A stretch of 64,000 nucleotides of DNA, from IMG/VR virus record IMGVR_UViG_3300038701_001282, positions 3,939 to 67,938 of that record, one strand, 5' to 3'. The DNA comes from a virus. Made by a program: the position numbers and the translations under genes. The notes beneath the pieces were generated by a model. It saw nothing but the letters and a program-made list of their open reading frames with translations. It was not told the DNA's origin and did no database searches. Positions 18,247-28,987 of the stretch are shown one piece after another. The number at the start of each line of letters is the position of its first letter. The first letter of the stretch is position 1.

Positions 18247-18507
18247 TTAAAGTCCTTTAAGATACTCCAGCCTGCTTTTACCCGATATATTTTTAATAGC
18301 CCTCTCTAGGGCTTCCTCCCAACACCAAAGCCTGCTTCTACCTGCATATGTAAATCTAATTAGCGACTCACTACACAAATCGCAAGACCTTGAAAAGTCA
18401 TACTCGCTCAATATTCTGTCTATTTCGCTATACTTCCTTGCCTTAAAAAGCTCGGTTATTTTATTGCACATAGGCAATATATCTTTCATTTCAGTGTGTT
18501 TTTTCAT
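18247..18507 (-). CDS. hypothetical protein
   Basis: last ORF of the leftward block. Confidence 0.55.
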   Translation of the reverse strand: MKKHTEMKDILPMCNKITELFKARKYSEIDRILSEYDFSRSCDLCSESLIRFTYAGRSRLWCWEEALERAIKNISGKSRLEYLKGL

Positions 18508-18531
18508 GCGTCACTTCTTAGTTGCTATACA

Positions 18532-18698
18532 AGGTACTCTTGAGAGTTGTGCTGCACTGAGTCGAATCTAACTCTCAGTCCGTGTCGCTTTAGTAAAGAC
18601 TCGAATAACCTCGTCTGTTTTAGCTATCGGCCCCATCCGCTTATATCGGGGCATGCATTCGATTTACATGCTTTACAACACAACTCACAGGAATACCC
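18532..18698 (-). ncRNA. candidate structured ncRNA, element B
   Basis: 13-bp terminal stem GAGTTGTGTTGTA/TGCAGCACAACTC with G-U pairs valid only on minus strand, extendable to about 25 bp; several internal hairpins. Confidence 0.65.
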
Positions 18699-18707
18699 TG
18701 TTATTTA

Positions 18708-20184
18708 TTAAAAGTTTCTAAAACTAATCGCGCGCGTAATTTTTACATAAAATCTTGGAAGATTAGCAACGGCAATATCTGGTGCCAACCAAGGACTAAA
18801 TTCAAACCCAGTGCAACGATAACCTTTCTCTGGATTATGCTTTGGCGCAAACAGGCCAACATGAGTTCCACACCACCCTCGAAGCAACCCAGGAAATAAA
18901 AATATGGCTGTATACCTTACCTGCACTCTAAGTAGCGAGTTTTTACACTGGCCATCCATAACATTAAATTGAATACCAACCAAATAAGGAATATTAATAT
19001 CACTCATACATCACCTTTGTTTGTTGTTAAAAACAAATATCACAAGAGCAATACGATCGGTTGCCGCCACTTGCAATGCTTCCGCTTTCACAATTTTTTG
19101 AACCTTTGAATGAAGGTCCAAAGCTATAACTTGAAACTTTCCCAACATCAAAAAACTTTTTGCCATCTTCACTGTCACGATAGGGCTTGACGCACTCCTC
19201 ACAAACTAATGCCTCTCTATGCGATAGGTCTCCTTTTTTTGTGACTTTGTATTTTGCTTCATTTGTGCATTGGTTTCTATTTCCGCAACATTTCACAATC
19301 TACCCCTCCTCTTTGTTATCTAATACTGCATATAATGCGTGATCGTAGTCGGCTGGGTACGTGTGTCCATCGCATTGATATTTATGCTCTCGTATAGCCG
19401 CCTCTAGCTCTTTTATGCGCTTATCCTTCTCTGACTCTGGCTTTAATGCTTGCGCCTCGTCGTAAATCTCACGAGCTATACGTACAGCCCACTGGCTGAC
19501 GCGATCACATTCCACTATTATTTTTTCTTGTGCTTTGTAAAAATATTGGTCACTCATCACTTCACCGGCCTATTTAATTGTTCGTTTAGTTTCTTAATCT
19601 TGTTTAACGCTGTTTTATAACCTTCCTCTAAAGCAGCATTTCTATCAAGCGCCTTGTTTAATAATTCGCTTTCGAATAAACCTTTATCCATTACTTCATC
19701 CTCACTCATCGTAGAATTCCAATTGAGGACATACCTTAGCCTTCTTGGCTTTAATCCAAGCAACCAATAAGTTATCTTCTTTAGTTGTAGGTAACATGTT
19801 TTCCTGGCGTAGGTACTCTTCTTCTATCTTTCTTTTAGTTCTGATATCACTTAAGATGGCACCTAATAACATAACTAATATGAATCCTCCAGTAAGGGCA
19901 TGTACTTCCAGATCTTCAAAGAAAAACTGCAATAAGACTGTAGAAATAAGAAACAATACAAGACATACCACCACTATTCCTCCTAGAATTACAACCAAAC
20001 CTAGTACAACCTTCCAGAAGTAAAGGCATAAGCTATTAGGTACAATCTTAGGGCTGCATACAAGAGATGCTATTTTGTAGTGGATACTATTTTTATTTAT
20101 TTTCATTAGACTTCCTCTTAATAGTGATAACCTTAATTCTCTTTTTGTTGGCTTGGTTAGTGATATTATCTGTACCAGAGCCAC
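18708..20184 (-). other. small leftward hypothetical ORFs (18708-19007, 19027-19296, 19300-19560, 19557-19763, 19702-20184 membrane)
   Basis: packed ORFs; 19027-19296 Cys-rich; 19702-20184 has two TM segments. Confidence 0.55.
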
Positions 20185-20455
20185 CAGGGAATGCTACCAG
20201 AACATCTGCATTTAAGTCAAGCATTACTGAGTTTCTAATTGGGCCTGCTGCCTTACCATGTAGTTTCCAATTAGGAGGAACTATAACTTCTTGTACTCCA
20301 TTATCTCTAGCCCATTTACCACTTAGTTTGTCTACACCTTCACAATTACCATGAATCAATACTTCTATTTGTAGTTGATTGTTAGCTAAGTCTAAGGCTT
20401 CTCGTATAAATGGCTCGTCATTGAAGTCTCTGCCTCCACACACCACTATGACCAT
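20093..20455 (-). CDS. SLOG/YspA-like (DUF2493-type) nucleotide-binding protein
   Basis: VVCGGRDF...IHGNCEGVD...W..HGKAAGPIRN...AFPGGSGT. Confidence 0.85.
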   Translation of the reverse strand: MVIVVCGGRDFNDEPFIREALDLANNQLQIEVLIHGNCEGVDKLSGKWARDNGVQEVIVPPNWKLHGKAAGPIRNSVMLDLNADVLVAFPGGSGTDNITNQANKKRIKVITIKRKSNENK

Positions 20456-22348
20456 TCGTTGTTAACCTCTAAGTCAGGCTCTTCTAAGAGTCTTTTTGCT
20501 ACGTCTCGGTAATGTTGAATAATATCTGTTAAGTGTAACGGAACTATGAAGTCATCACCAGGCACATTCTTATCAAAAGCTAGCTCACTACAAAACAGAA
20601 GGCCTCCAAAATCATTTCCCCATAGTTCAAGGTTTACTCTGGCCCAATCTTCAAGCTCAATATGATCTACAAACCCTAGTTTATCTGCAAGTATATCTGC
20701 CCCTTTTACGTAGAATTCATCCTTTCTTTCTAATTTCGTTGGAGAAATACTTGAGTACATTATTGCAGCCCAACCTCCATGGCAAGCTGGAGTGTCACAA
20801 AGATTTACTTCTTCTTCTCTTTTATCACAAGGTTCATCCATGTCTACTGCTGTTTCAGCTAAGTTATTTTTAATAACAAAGTCTTCAAAATCTTGTGCTA
20901 CTCGTAGAAACTTTCCTGCTAGCTCTTTATGTTTCATTTGTCTTCTCTCGTTGAGTTAAGGGCATCTGCCAATTCAATTAAACTGTCTACCATCTCTTGG
21001 TATATCATCTCTAATCTTACTTGAGGGTTCTTAACCCTATTTCGTATACCATCTATCTTAGCTTGTACATGACGAAGTTTCAATACTAATTTTGGATCAG
21101 CATTATCTATGATCTTCTCTACTTCTTCGTGGAGATATTCTAACTTATCTTCGTCAGACATGTCAAACAGTTCATCAAATGATTTCATAACTTACCTATC
21201 AATATTTCTAATTTCTTCAATTGATATTATACTTGATAGAGAATAGAGTTCAACATTACCATTATCGTCCATTAGTACCCGGTAACCTGAAGAATAATCT
21301 ATTACAGTGCCATATCTATTGTTAGAGCCTACTATCATAACCCTATCACCTTTGTTGTACTTACAAGCTGTAATTAATGCTACAATTGTTATTGCTATAA
21401 TAATTTTAATCATATCAATCTTCCATCCTGAATCCACTTATACCTACTAAATACCACATACTACCATCTGTAGATTTCTCAAACTCTACTACTCTCTCCT
21501 CTAACATTTGCACATCCACTTCTGGGTACATCTCAAAATGTCTGGGAGACTCTGGTATAACTACTTTAATTCTATCTTTACTTATACTCGAAGGATGTGG
21601 AGTTTCCTTCAGCGCCCAATACAACTCACCTGGAGTTATTCTAAATTTCATGATTTACTTACTCTGGCTAATAATAAGGTTGCTAGCTGTAATTGTTGGC
21701 TTTCAGCATCTGCTATAGACTTATCTAGTTTTCCTAGGGTAATATCAAAGGTGTCTTTTTCTTTTTCTCTTGTGTCGTCTGGAAGTAAATTATACATACT
21801 TTTCAAATTATCTCTACTTTGTTTAGCCAATCTGATTTCTGAACCTAGCCACTCTAATCTTAGTGTATGGCATTCGTCAGATTTAAAAGAATCTGTATCT
21901 TCTTTAAACTTAAAACACACAATGGTTACTATAACCAAGAAAAATAGTACAGCAACTGCAATAACTGTTATGTTTTCATAAATCATGATTAATCCTCCGT
22001 TGGTTTAGGTACACCATACACTTCATCTTTTAATCTTGCAAGAGTCTTTTCTAAATTATTTATATATTGAATGTTTTGTTTCTTATCCTTTGCTTGTCTT
22101 TCTAGAGATTCTTCTTCTGTTTCAAGCCTGTAAGCAACTAAATCAAATCTGATATCATCCCCATACTCTATGTATGCACATACATCAGTAGTTATATCTT
22201 GGTCTTGGGGTAGTGAATCTAAAAAATTATTTAGTGTATCACGTAAGTGTTTTACAGGGTTAGGGTTAAACTTCCCATATGAATTTGAATACTCATCCAA
22301 ATTTAGACTATCAGAGATTAATTTTACTCTTCTTTTAGCTTTGGTCAT
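20446..22348 (-). other. leftward hypothetical ORFs (20446-20937, 20934-21188, 21192-21437, 21415-21651, 21648-21986, 21989-22348)
   Basis: packed ORFs; 21192-21437 lipobox-like; 21648-21986 TM plus coiled coil. Confidence 0.6.
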
Positions 22349-22842
22349 TCAATTCTCCCGTGATTCTCATGAAATCCATATTTGTTCTCTGCTGATTTTC
22401 TTGCACAACAAGCTTCAAAGAAGTCCTCATAACTCCCTATGTAATTTTTCTTCCCTATAGTAACTTCATAGCTAGTGCGTTCAGTCCTCTTCCTGACCCC
22501 AGATATACCAGTCTTATTTCTTTGATCTAGTTTCTTGTTACGATTATTAGCATTAAAATCAGCTTCACGAAGATTTTTAATTATATTATTTCCTGGATTA
22601 CCGTCTATATGGTCTATATGAGATCCTGTTTGATAGCCATAGTGTAAAAACCAAACAACTCTATGCACTTTATACTGACTGCCATTATATTGCAATACTC
22701 TATATCCATAGGAATCTGTAGTTCCTGCCATATCACCTTTTTGAGCCATACTGTTAATTGATTTAGTCCAACGTAAATCTCCATTCTCTGGATTATAATC
22801 AAGCAAGTCTTTTAATTCTTCTGGTATAGGCTTAGCTTTCAT
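22345..22842 (-). CDS. HNH endonuclease with AP2-like C-terminus
   Basis: YKVHRVVW...IDHIDGNPGNNIIKNLR; NKTGISGV...IGSY..FFEACCARKSAE. Confidence 0.9.
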   Translation of the reverse strand: MKAKPIPEELKDLLDYNPENGDLRWTKSINSMAQKGDMAGTTDSYGYRVLQYNGSQYKVHRVVWFLHYGYQTGSHIDHIDGNPGNNIIKNLREADFNANNRNKKLDQRNKTGISGVRKRTERTSYEVTIGKKNYIGSYEDFFEACCARKSAENKYGFHENHGRIE

Positions 22843-23239
22843 TATAAAACTCTCTATTCAATAGTTCAGGGTTAGCATAGATATTACCAATTACAGTTAT
22901 ACCTTCATTAATGTCTAAGGCATACCCATACCCAACAGCTCTGGTTGTAGGTAGAACTTCATAAGATGCATCAAAATCATTCCAAATTATCTGACATATA
23001 ATGTACTTCTTGATGTCATGATCATACATCTTAACAATGTCACCGTCGTATATTTCAGTGCCATTCTTATCTTCTTTGCCAGTCCACTCTACTGTAGGTA
23101 AGTGTGTAATCTCCTGCCTACCATTAAACACATGGGCCAGTACTTCACCATCCCTGACAAAATAACCCACCTGCTTGCTAGATTGCATCATAATACCTTT
23201 CTCAGCATTCCAGGCTCTAACTTTGGTTACTTTAGGCAT
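22832..23239 (-). CDS. YopX family protein
   Basis: KVRAW...TGKEDKNGTEIYDGDIV...VIGNIYANPELL. Confidence 0.85.
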   Translation of the reverse strand: MPKVTKVRAWNAEKGIMMQSSKQVGYFVRDGEVLAHVFNGRQEITHLPTVEWTGKEDKNGTEIYDGDIVKMYDHDIKKYIICQIIWNDFDASYEVLPTTRAVGYGYALDINEGITVIGNIYANPELLNREFYNES

Positions 23240-23396
23240 TTATCACTCCCCTGAAGAATCTTTTGCATACTTCCACTCAACCATACGACCAATAGGTTCT
23301 CTGCTGTCAAAACACTCTTCCCATTCTTGTCGTTCAGGATTTCTGCCTACAATGTACTCACCATCTTGTGGTAATCCATCTTCAACTTTATTCCAT

Positions 23397-23852
23397 TCAC
23401 TCATTTATCAAATCCTTGTTTTCGTAGATGTTACCGATTACCTGAATCTTATTTCTATGGAAAGTTGTCATGAAGTAAGGCTCATATTTTGTACTAGAAC
23501 CACTCCTACCAAAAGGCCTGCCATTGTCATTTAGTCCCCAGACTCCCCATTCTTTAAAAAATCTAACTTCAAATAATTTTTCCTTGTTACTGTTTCCGTA
23601 TTGAACAATATCTCCTTCATAAATATCTTTACCATTCTTATCTTTGAGGTCTGTGTATTCCATTAGTTCAAATTTAGTCTGATTATCTTCGTCAAATGTT
23701 GGATCATCTAAACTAGACCAGCCAGTGCTAAAATAAACATCACTGCCAGAAAATAATATTCCTTCTTTTGCTGAATCAAATAACCTCATTCTTTTATTGG
23801 CATAATCCCATGCTCGAAATTTAATTTCCCTACTCATAATAGATTTCCTCAA
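23397..23852 (-). CDS. YopX family protein
   Basis: REIKFRAWD...YTDLKDKNGKDIYEGDIV...VIGNIYENKDLI. Confidence 0.9.
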   Translation of the reverse strand: MRKSIMSREIKFRAWDYANKRMRLFDSAKEGILFSGSDVYFSTGWSSLDDPTFDEDNQTKFELMEYTDLKDKNGKDIYEGDIVQYGNSNKEKLFEVRFFKEWGVWGLNDNGRPFGRSGSSTKYEPYFMTTFHRNKIQVIGNIYENKDLINE

Positions 23853-24948
23853 GGCTTTCTCTAATCTCTGTCCTTGCGATTGTGACTTCCTCTGATACTA
23901 TTTCAAACATCTCTTTAAATGCTTCAAGCTGAGCTAACATTTCTTTCTTCATGGCTTGTTTGAATTCATCAGATAAGATAAGGCTTCTCTCTGTATTAAT
24001 ATAGCAACAGAGTAGGTAGTCTACATCCTCTCCCCATTCAGATCCTTCTAAGTCAGCATATTTGCTCAGTAAGTAAAATTCTTCTTCATTCATAATCTTC
24101 TATCTCAAAAGCTTCTGATTCATCATCACAATCGTGGAAATATTGTTTCTTCTCTTCTACTGAACAATCAAGTTGTTCATACATCTTAACAATAGCTTCT
24201 GATTTACTGTCGGCTTCAATTATGTCGCCATATATTTGGCACTCTTTCACTATAACTTCATACTTAGGCATCGGTCAAGTACTCGATAACTTCATTTAAT
24301 GCCATTCCAGCAACTACATCAGCTCCTAAGCGTAATGCTGCTTTGTGCCGAAGCTCTCCTTCAGTTAGGCCATCTAAGACATCTGCTGCATTTACGATAG
24401 GTGAGGTTACTGCATCTACTGCTGTACCTAATGGATCATCAATAGCTCGTTCTACTGTACGTGATGCCATATCAAATAAATCTCCGAACATTTTATGTTC
24501 TCCTTCTGTTAGTGGTAAGGTTTTAATCAACTCTGGCTACTGTTGTTAGGAGAGCAGTAACACCATCCTCTCCTTTCTTGTATAATGCCATAATAGCATA
24601 CTTATGGAATCCTACAACACATTCGTCGTCAGACATTGAACCTGTGAGAGGATAGACATCATTCATTCCGAACTCTCCCTCTGATAATAATCTAAGGTTC
24701 TCGTCTTCTGTAGGAGGCTCAGCCCAAAAATCATCTTTATTTAGAACAGGGTTTGTGAATTCATCAGCATATTCTGCCAAGTACAACAAATATGCTTTCT
24801 CTAGTGTATTGCCTTGAGAAATATATTTATTTATTCCCTTTACTACAATAGCCCAACTAAACTCTGCTTGTTCTGATGCCCAACTGCTTGAAATTATATC
24901 TGACATATTAAAACCCTCTCTATTTGCTGTTTGGTGGTTTACCATCAA
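23830..24948 (-). other. four small leftward hypothetical ORFs (23830-24093, 24086-24271, 24264-24530, 24523-24948)
   Basis: overlapping start/stop packing. Confidence 0.55.
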
Positions 24949-25561
24949 TTCGTTTATTACCTATACGCATGTGCCCGATAACAGCAATACGAGTTCCTAT
25001 TGCCACAGGACACTTAACAAAATACTCTTCTTCTATGACATCTGGTCTGTCTTTAGGTAGGCTGCATTCTAAGAATTGAATACATAGCCCAGGCCTAACA
25101 TTTACTGCCTTATAATCATTAACTTCATATTGGGCTATGCAGACTAACTGATCTTCATTCAACTTTCTTTCTGAGTATACTTCAGAGCCTACCCTACCTC
25201 TAACATTGTGAGGTATCCCGTAATATTCTACATATGATCTGTTTACTGCTAGAAATTCCCATCTCCCCTTCTTAAAATCTTTAACCTTAACCCAAGCTGG
25301 GACATTATAGAAATCCATATGGTCTACCCACACTTGGAAACTTGGTTGTACTGAGTCTAACTCTTGATTTCTTAATTTGTCAAGTTCTTGTTGTAATTCT
25401 ATTTTCTTTATTGTTGATTTCAATAAAGCATTATCTTTTAATGATCTATCATCTGCAAGTTTAGGATAAATTGTAAAGTAGCCCCCTATTAATGCAGTTA
25501 ATACTGACACTAGCGCTATGGCTAGTTTAACTGTCATTGAGAATTTTTCTTCTTCTTTCAT
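24920..25561 (-). CDS. membrane-anchored PAS-fold protein
   Basis: N-terminal TM (LAIALVSVLTALIGGYF), coiled coil, then PAWVK...FLAVNRSYVEYYG...G....VY...YEVND...VKCPV...AVIG PAS-like pattern. Confidence 0.65.
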   Translation of the reverse strand: MKEEEKFSMTVKLAIALVSVLTALIGGYFTIYPKLADDRSLKDNALLKSTIKKIELQQELDKLRNQELDSVQPSFQVWVDHMDFYNVPAWVKVKDFKKGRWEFLAVNRSYVEYYGIPHNVRGRVGSEVYSERKLNEDQLVCIAQYEVNDYKAVNVRPGLCIQFLECSLPKDRPDVIEEEYFVKCPVAIGTRIAVIGHMRIGNKRIDGKPPNSK

Positions 25562-25564
25562 ATA

Positions 25565-27402
25565 TTACATAGTTCCTGTATATCTGTAAAGCTTAAATTG
25601 CAACTTACTGGTTATTGCTTCAGTGTCATAATAGAATATTCCATCAATACATTTAAGTAGGCTTATACACACCCTATTACCACTAGGTAAGTGATAAGAT
25701 ATAGTACAATCCTCTTCTTCTCCTTTTGGGAGTACTTTATAATACCTAATTGCGCCCTCTCTTGCGTAGACAGGCCCTCCGCCAAAGTACACTGGACTTA
25801 GGTCTTTGTAGTCTTTGACTAATACAGTTTTTAAGTAAGTTTCTGGAGGTAGGTAATCGTAACTAAGTTTAGATTTAACTTGGCTCCACTCTGAACTCTT
25901 AGAATGTTCTAATATTTTTAATATCTGAGATTCTTTTAATTCTGTTTTGAAGTGCTGCTTAATCTTCTGTATTATTGCATTCATCATGACGTATACCTAG
26001 AAGATCTTCTATTTGATCTTAGTTCCTTTTAGTTTATTGATTAACATACTTAATCCTTACTGTTATATTGCTATTGTAATTGATATTGTATATATCATAT
26101 ACGCAAGTGAACTCCACATAGTGAATAGAGACACTGCTGTGTTAGTTGTTTCTTTTTCAGTCTTAATTCTTCTATCTAAGAATACTTCTGCTGTTACTAC
26201 CAATACCAGCAAAGATAGGTATAACATTGTTAAGCATTTAGTTAGTACTAGCATAAGTTATATTTCTTTATAATAATTAAGTTAATCATGCTTCACCTTT
26301 TTTGTATCCGGCTGCCCCAGTTATATTTTCAATTGTTGTCCATTCTGTAGGACGTGGTACATACTCTCCACCTATGTCTGTTCTAAAATCAACCACACAT
26401 GGCTGAGGTTCTGTTCTTATATTCCCAAACCGATATGACCCAGAAGCTATAGAATTGTTATTGTACTTCAGGAGTATTTGTGAACCATCCTTTGGTGCAC
26501 TATCTATAGATTTCCAAGTTACATCTGTCATCTTAGTCTCCTGTACTCTCTTCTTCAGTGTTTTGTTGGTGTTGTTGATCAATTTGATCTGCTAAATTAC
26601 ATACTTCTTGTTGTATATAAGAATAAAAATTATATCTTTCTGAATACGGCCCAGACTGACGAATCTCAAACTCCATTACTGCATTAATGGTAGTTTCTAT
26701 ATTACTTAATCTGTTGTGTATGTAACTTATCTCTTTCTCAACTGTCATCATTAATCCTATCTTTAATTTTTGTCAGTTCACTTTCTACTAGTTCGTCCCA
26801 ATTGGTACCTCCATTGTAGTACAAAGCTTCGAAAGACACAACACCGTACTCATCTACTTGTACATTGCAGTATTCTACTGCGGGGTCATATTCATTCTCT
26901 ACCTCTACAAAGTATAATTCATTATTAACAACAGTCAAGTCGTAATACCAAGGATCATCATACAGTTGCTCTAATGCATTACTGTATGCTTTAGATAATG
27001 TCCCTTCTTTTCTTAGGATTAATTCTTCTGCCCAGTCTTCTATTGTTATTTCATGAAGTGTGGATTTAACTGGGGTTATCTTACCAGTTGATTTCTCATA
27101 ACTACTCATTATTGTTTTCCTTGGTTAATCTAAGTCTTATCTGATAAGAGATTTTTATGGTTCTTTGCAGACCTTAATGCATCGAATCTATTACAAAATA
27201 TTACACCTTCCAGCCCATCTTCATTTCTAACCCAAAAGAAATGAGAGTGATCTGCATTTAAAAATATTGTATAGCCATCTGGAACTGGTATAGCACCAAA
27301 CCTATTTGTATAGTCAATGCAGCCAGCCTCAAAATATGTCTCAAGGGTTTCCTCTGGTACGTCACAAGCCACTCTATTCATCCACTCCTCAGCTGTTTCC
27401 AC
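25565..27402 (-). other. leftward hypothetical ORFs (25565-25987, 26286-26582 DUF551-like, 26533-26751, 26738-27109, 27130-27402)
   Basis: packed ORFs; TWKSIDSAPKDG in 26286-26582. Confidence 0.55.
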
Positions 27403-27828
27403 TTCTCTACCCTCCTATTCGGTGATGTCTGGCGGGTTTTTTATTTCTTTGTTTAACCTATCTACAAACTTAACAGCTTTATTCCAGGCTACTTCCTTGC
27501 AGTATCGACCAGCTCCAACATACCACACTCCTCCACTGAAAAATATGTACGGTTTGCGGTAAAAGGATCTTTTGAAAGACCTATTCATCTCTTACTCCTT
27601 ATTTGTCAATGTCTGGGGGTTAATCGACATCAACAGGTGTTAAAATATATGGCTCAAAAGCAATGTACCCTTCTTTTGTATCATCAGAATCAACAAACAA
27701 AGCATGAGTATATTCTGGCTCGCTATGCTTAATTTGAACGTCTTCTTTGTCATAAGGGCTGAACGCTATCCAAACTAATTTTGGTTTTTCCATCCTCTAT
27801 CTCCTCATTTATCAGCATCTTGGGTTTT

Positions 27829-28068
27829 TTATTTCTTTGTTCGTCTTGTTCTCAGCCCTTTTTGGGGAAGATCTATATCTTCAACACCGGAAAGCCAAAA
27901 TAAAATCTCATTAGCTCCTGCTGGAGAATCATTAAACCGTCCTAGGTCGCTATTAAAATAAGATCCCCCTCTTTGCATCTCCAGGCTATACGGGGAAGCC
28001 CATAAAACAAGATAGAAACCGTTTTCCTTAGGCTTATCTTCGTCTATAAAAACCCATTCCACTTCCAT
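27829..28068 (-). CDS. DUF551-like small protein
   Basis: EWV.IDEDKPKENGFYLV...W pattern. Confidence 0.55.
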   Translation of the reverse strand: MEVEWVFIDEDKPKENGFYLVLWASPYSLEMQRGGSYFNSDLGRFNDSPAGANEILFWLSGVEDIDLPQKGLRTRRTKK

Positions 28069-28145
28069 CCCACTTCCTCCTACTGGTTAATATCTGGGTT
28101 TAAATTTATATCTTCCATACATCACCTCTTGTTTATAAGTAAATT

Positions 28146-28298
28146 GGTGTTATGTGCTGCGGATTGAATTGAACTAACTTCACAATAACTATCACGCTTG
28201 GCTAACGCTCTTAGTCTGCTACCCAGACGACAGAAATAGTTTTGATTTTAGAGCCGGTTAAGCACAAAACTTTAGATCTGCCCACAACACATAACACC
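28146..28298 (-). ncRNA. candidate structured ncRNA, element A (paralogue of element B)
   Basis: 17-bp terminal stem GGTGTTATGTGTTGTGG/CCGCAGCACATAACACC with two G-U pairs on minus strand; internal hairpins AGTTTTG/CAAAACT and GTCTG/CAGAC. Confidence 0.7.
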
Positions 28299-28305
28299 TA
28301 TTTGC

Positions 28306-28491
28306 CTAATAATTAGGAGAGCCCACACAAAGAAAAACGATCTCACCTTGCGAAGTTTGAGTTTCCAAAATATCACCAAAAATTCGATTGCCAGCATCGT
28401 CATCGCAAGTGCTTACATCTACAGATACAGTTAATTCGTAATCTGGAAGATCTAATAATATTTTTGCTAGTTCGTGCGCTTTCATATTCAT
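28306..28491 (-). CDS. hypothetical protein
   Basis: MKAHELAKILLDLPD, common phage small-protein start. Confidence 0.6.
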   Translation of the reverse strand: MNMKAHELAKILLDLPDYELTVSVDVSTCDDDAGNRIFGDILETQTSQGEIVFLCVGSPNY

Positions 28492-28502
28492 ATCCTATTT
28501 GC

Positions 28503-28715
28503 CTATTTAAAATCAGCACATGCACCTGCTATGTAATTCTCTTGGTAATGTGGCTTTCTATTTAAAAACTTTTTATATTGGCATGTTCGCTTTTCTTGGT
28601 GGGTAGCCTTGCATGATTTTGAGCAAAACTTGCCCCAACCTCTTTTTCTGTCTGCAACTCTGGCCATGAATAATTCACCGCATTGCTTACATTTAACTTC
28701 CACTTTTTGTGGCAT
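28503..28715 (-). CDS. small zinc-finger protein
   Basis: CKQCG...RKRGWGKFCSKSCKA. Confidence 0.7.
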   Translation of the reverse strand: MPQKVEVKCKQCGELFMARVADRKRGWGKFCSKSCKATHQEKRTCQYKKFLNRKPHYQENYIAGACADFK

Positions 28716-28987
28716 ATTTATAGCCTATTTACCTATTTTTCAGTACGCGCCATAAAACCCATAACCCCCAAAGCGCAAGGCATGTCGGGCCGTAATAGCT
28801 GGAAATAAAATCAATCATTCTTTACTGCCTCTTATCGGCAGGGGTTATAAATTCTTTTCGAAGCTTCTTGTTGACTTCACGAATCCAAGAACTGTTAGCG
28901 CGCCTCTGCTTTAAGACATATTTACTATGCCGAAGCTTTGCTTTAACGTGTTCATTCATAATCTCCACATTATTCTCCTACAAACTG

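Noticed and set aside
28146-28298. Retron msr-msd, tmRNA, SRP or 6S identity for elements A and B
   Set aside because: No reverse transcriptase in the window, no tag ORF or CCA-ended acceptor, no SRP GGAA motif, and not a simple rod; left unassigned
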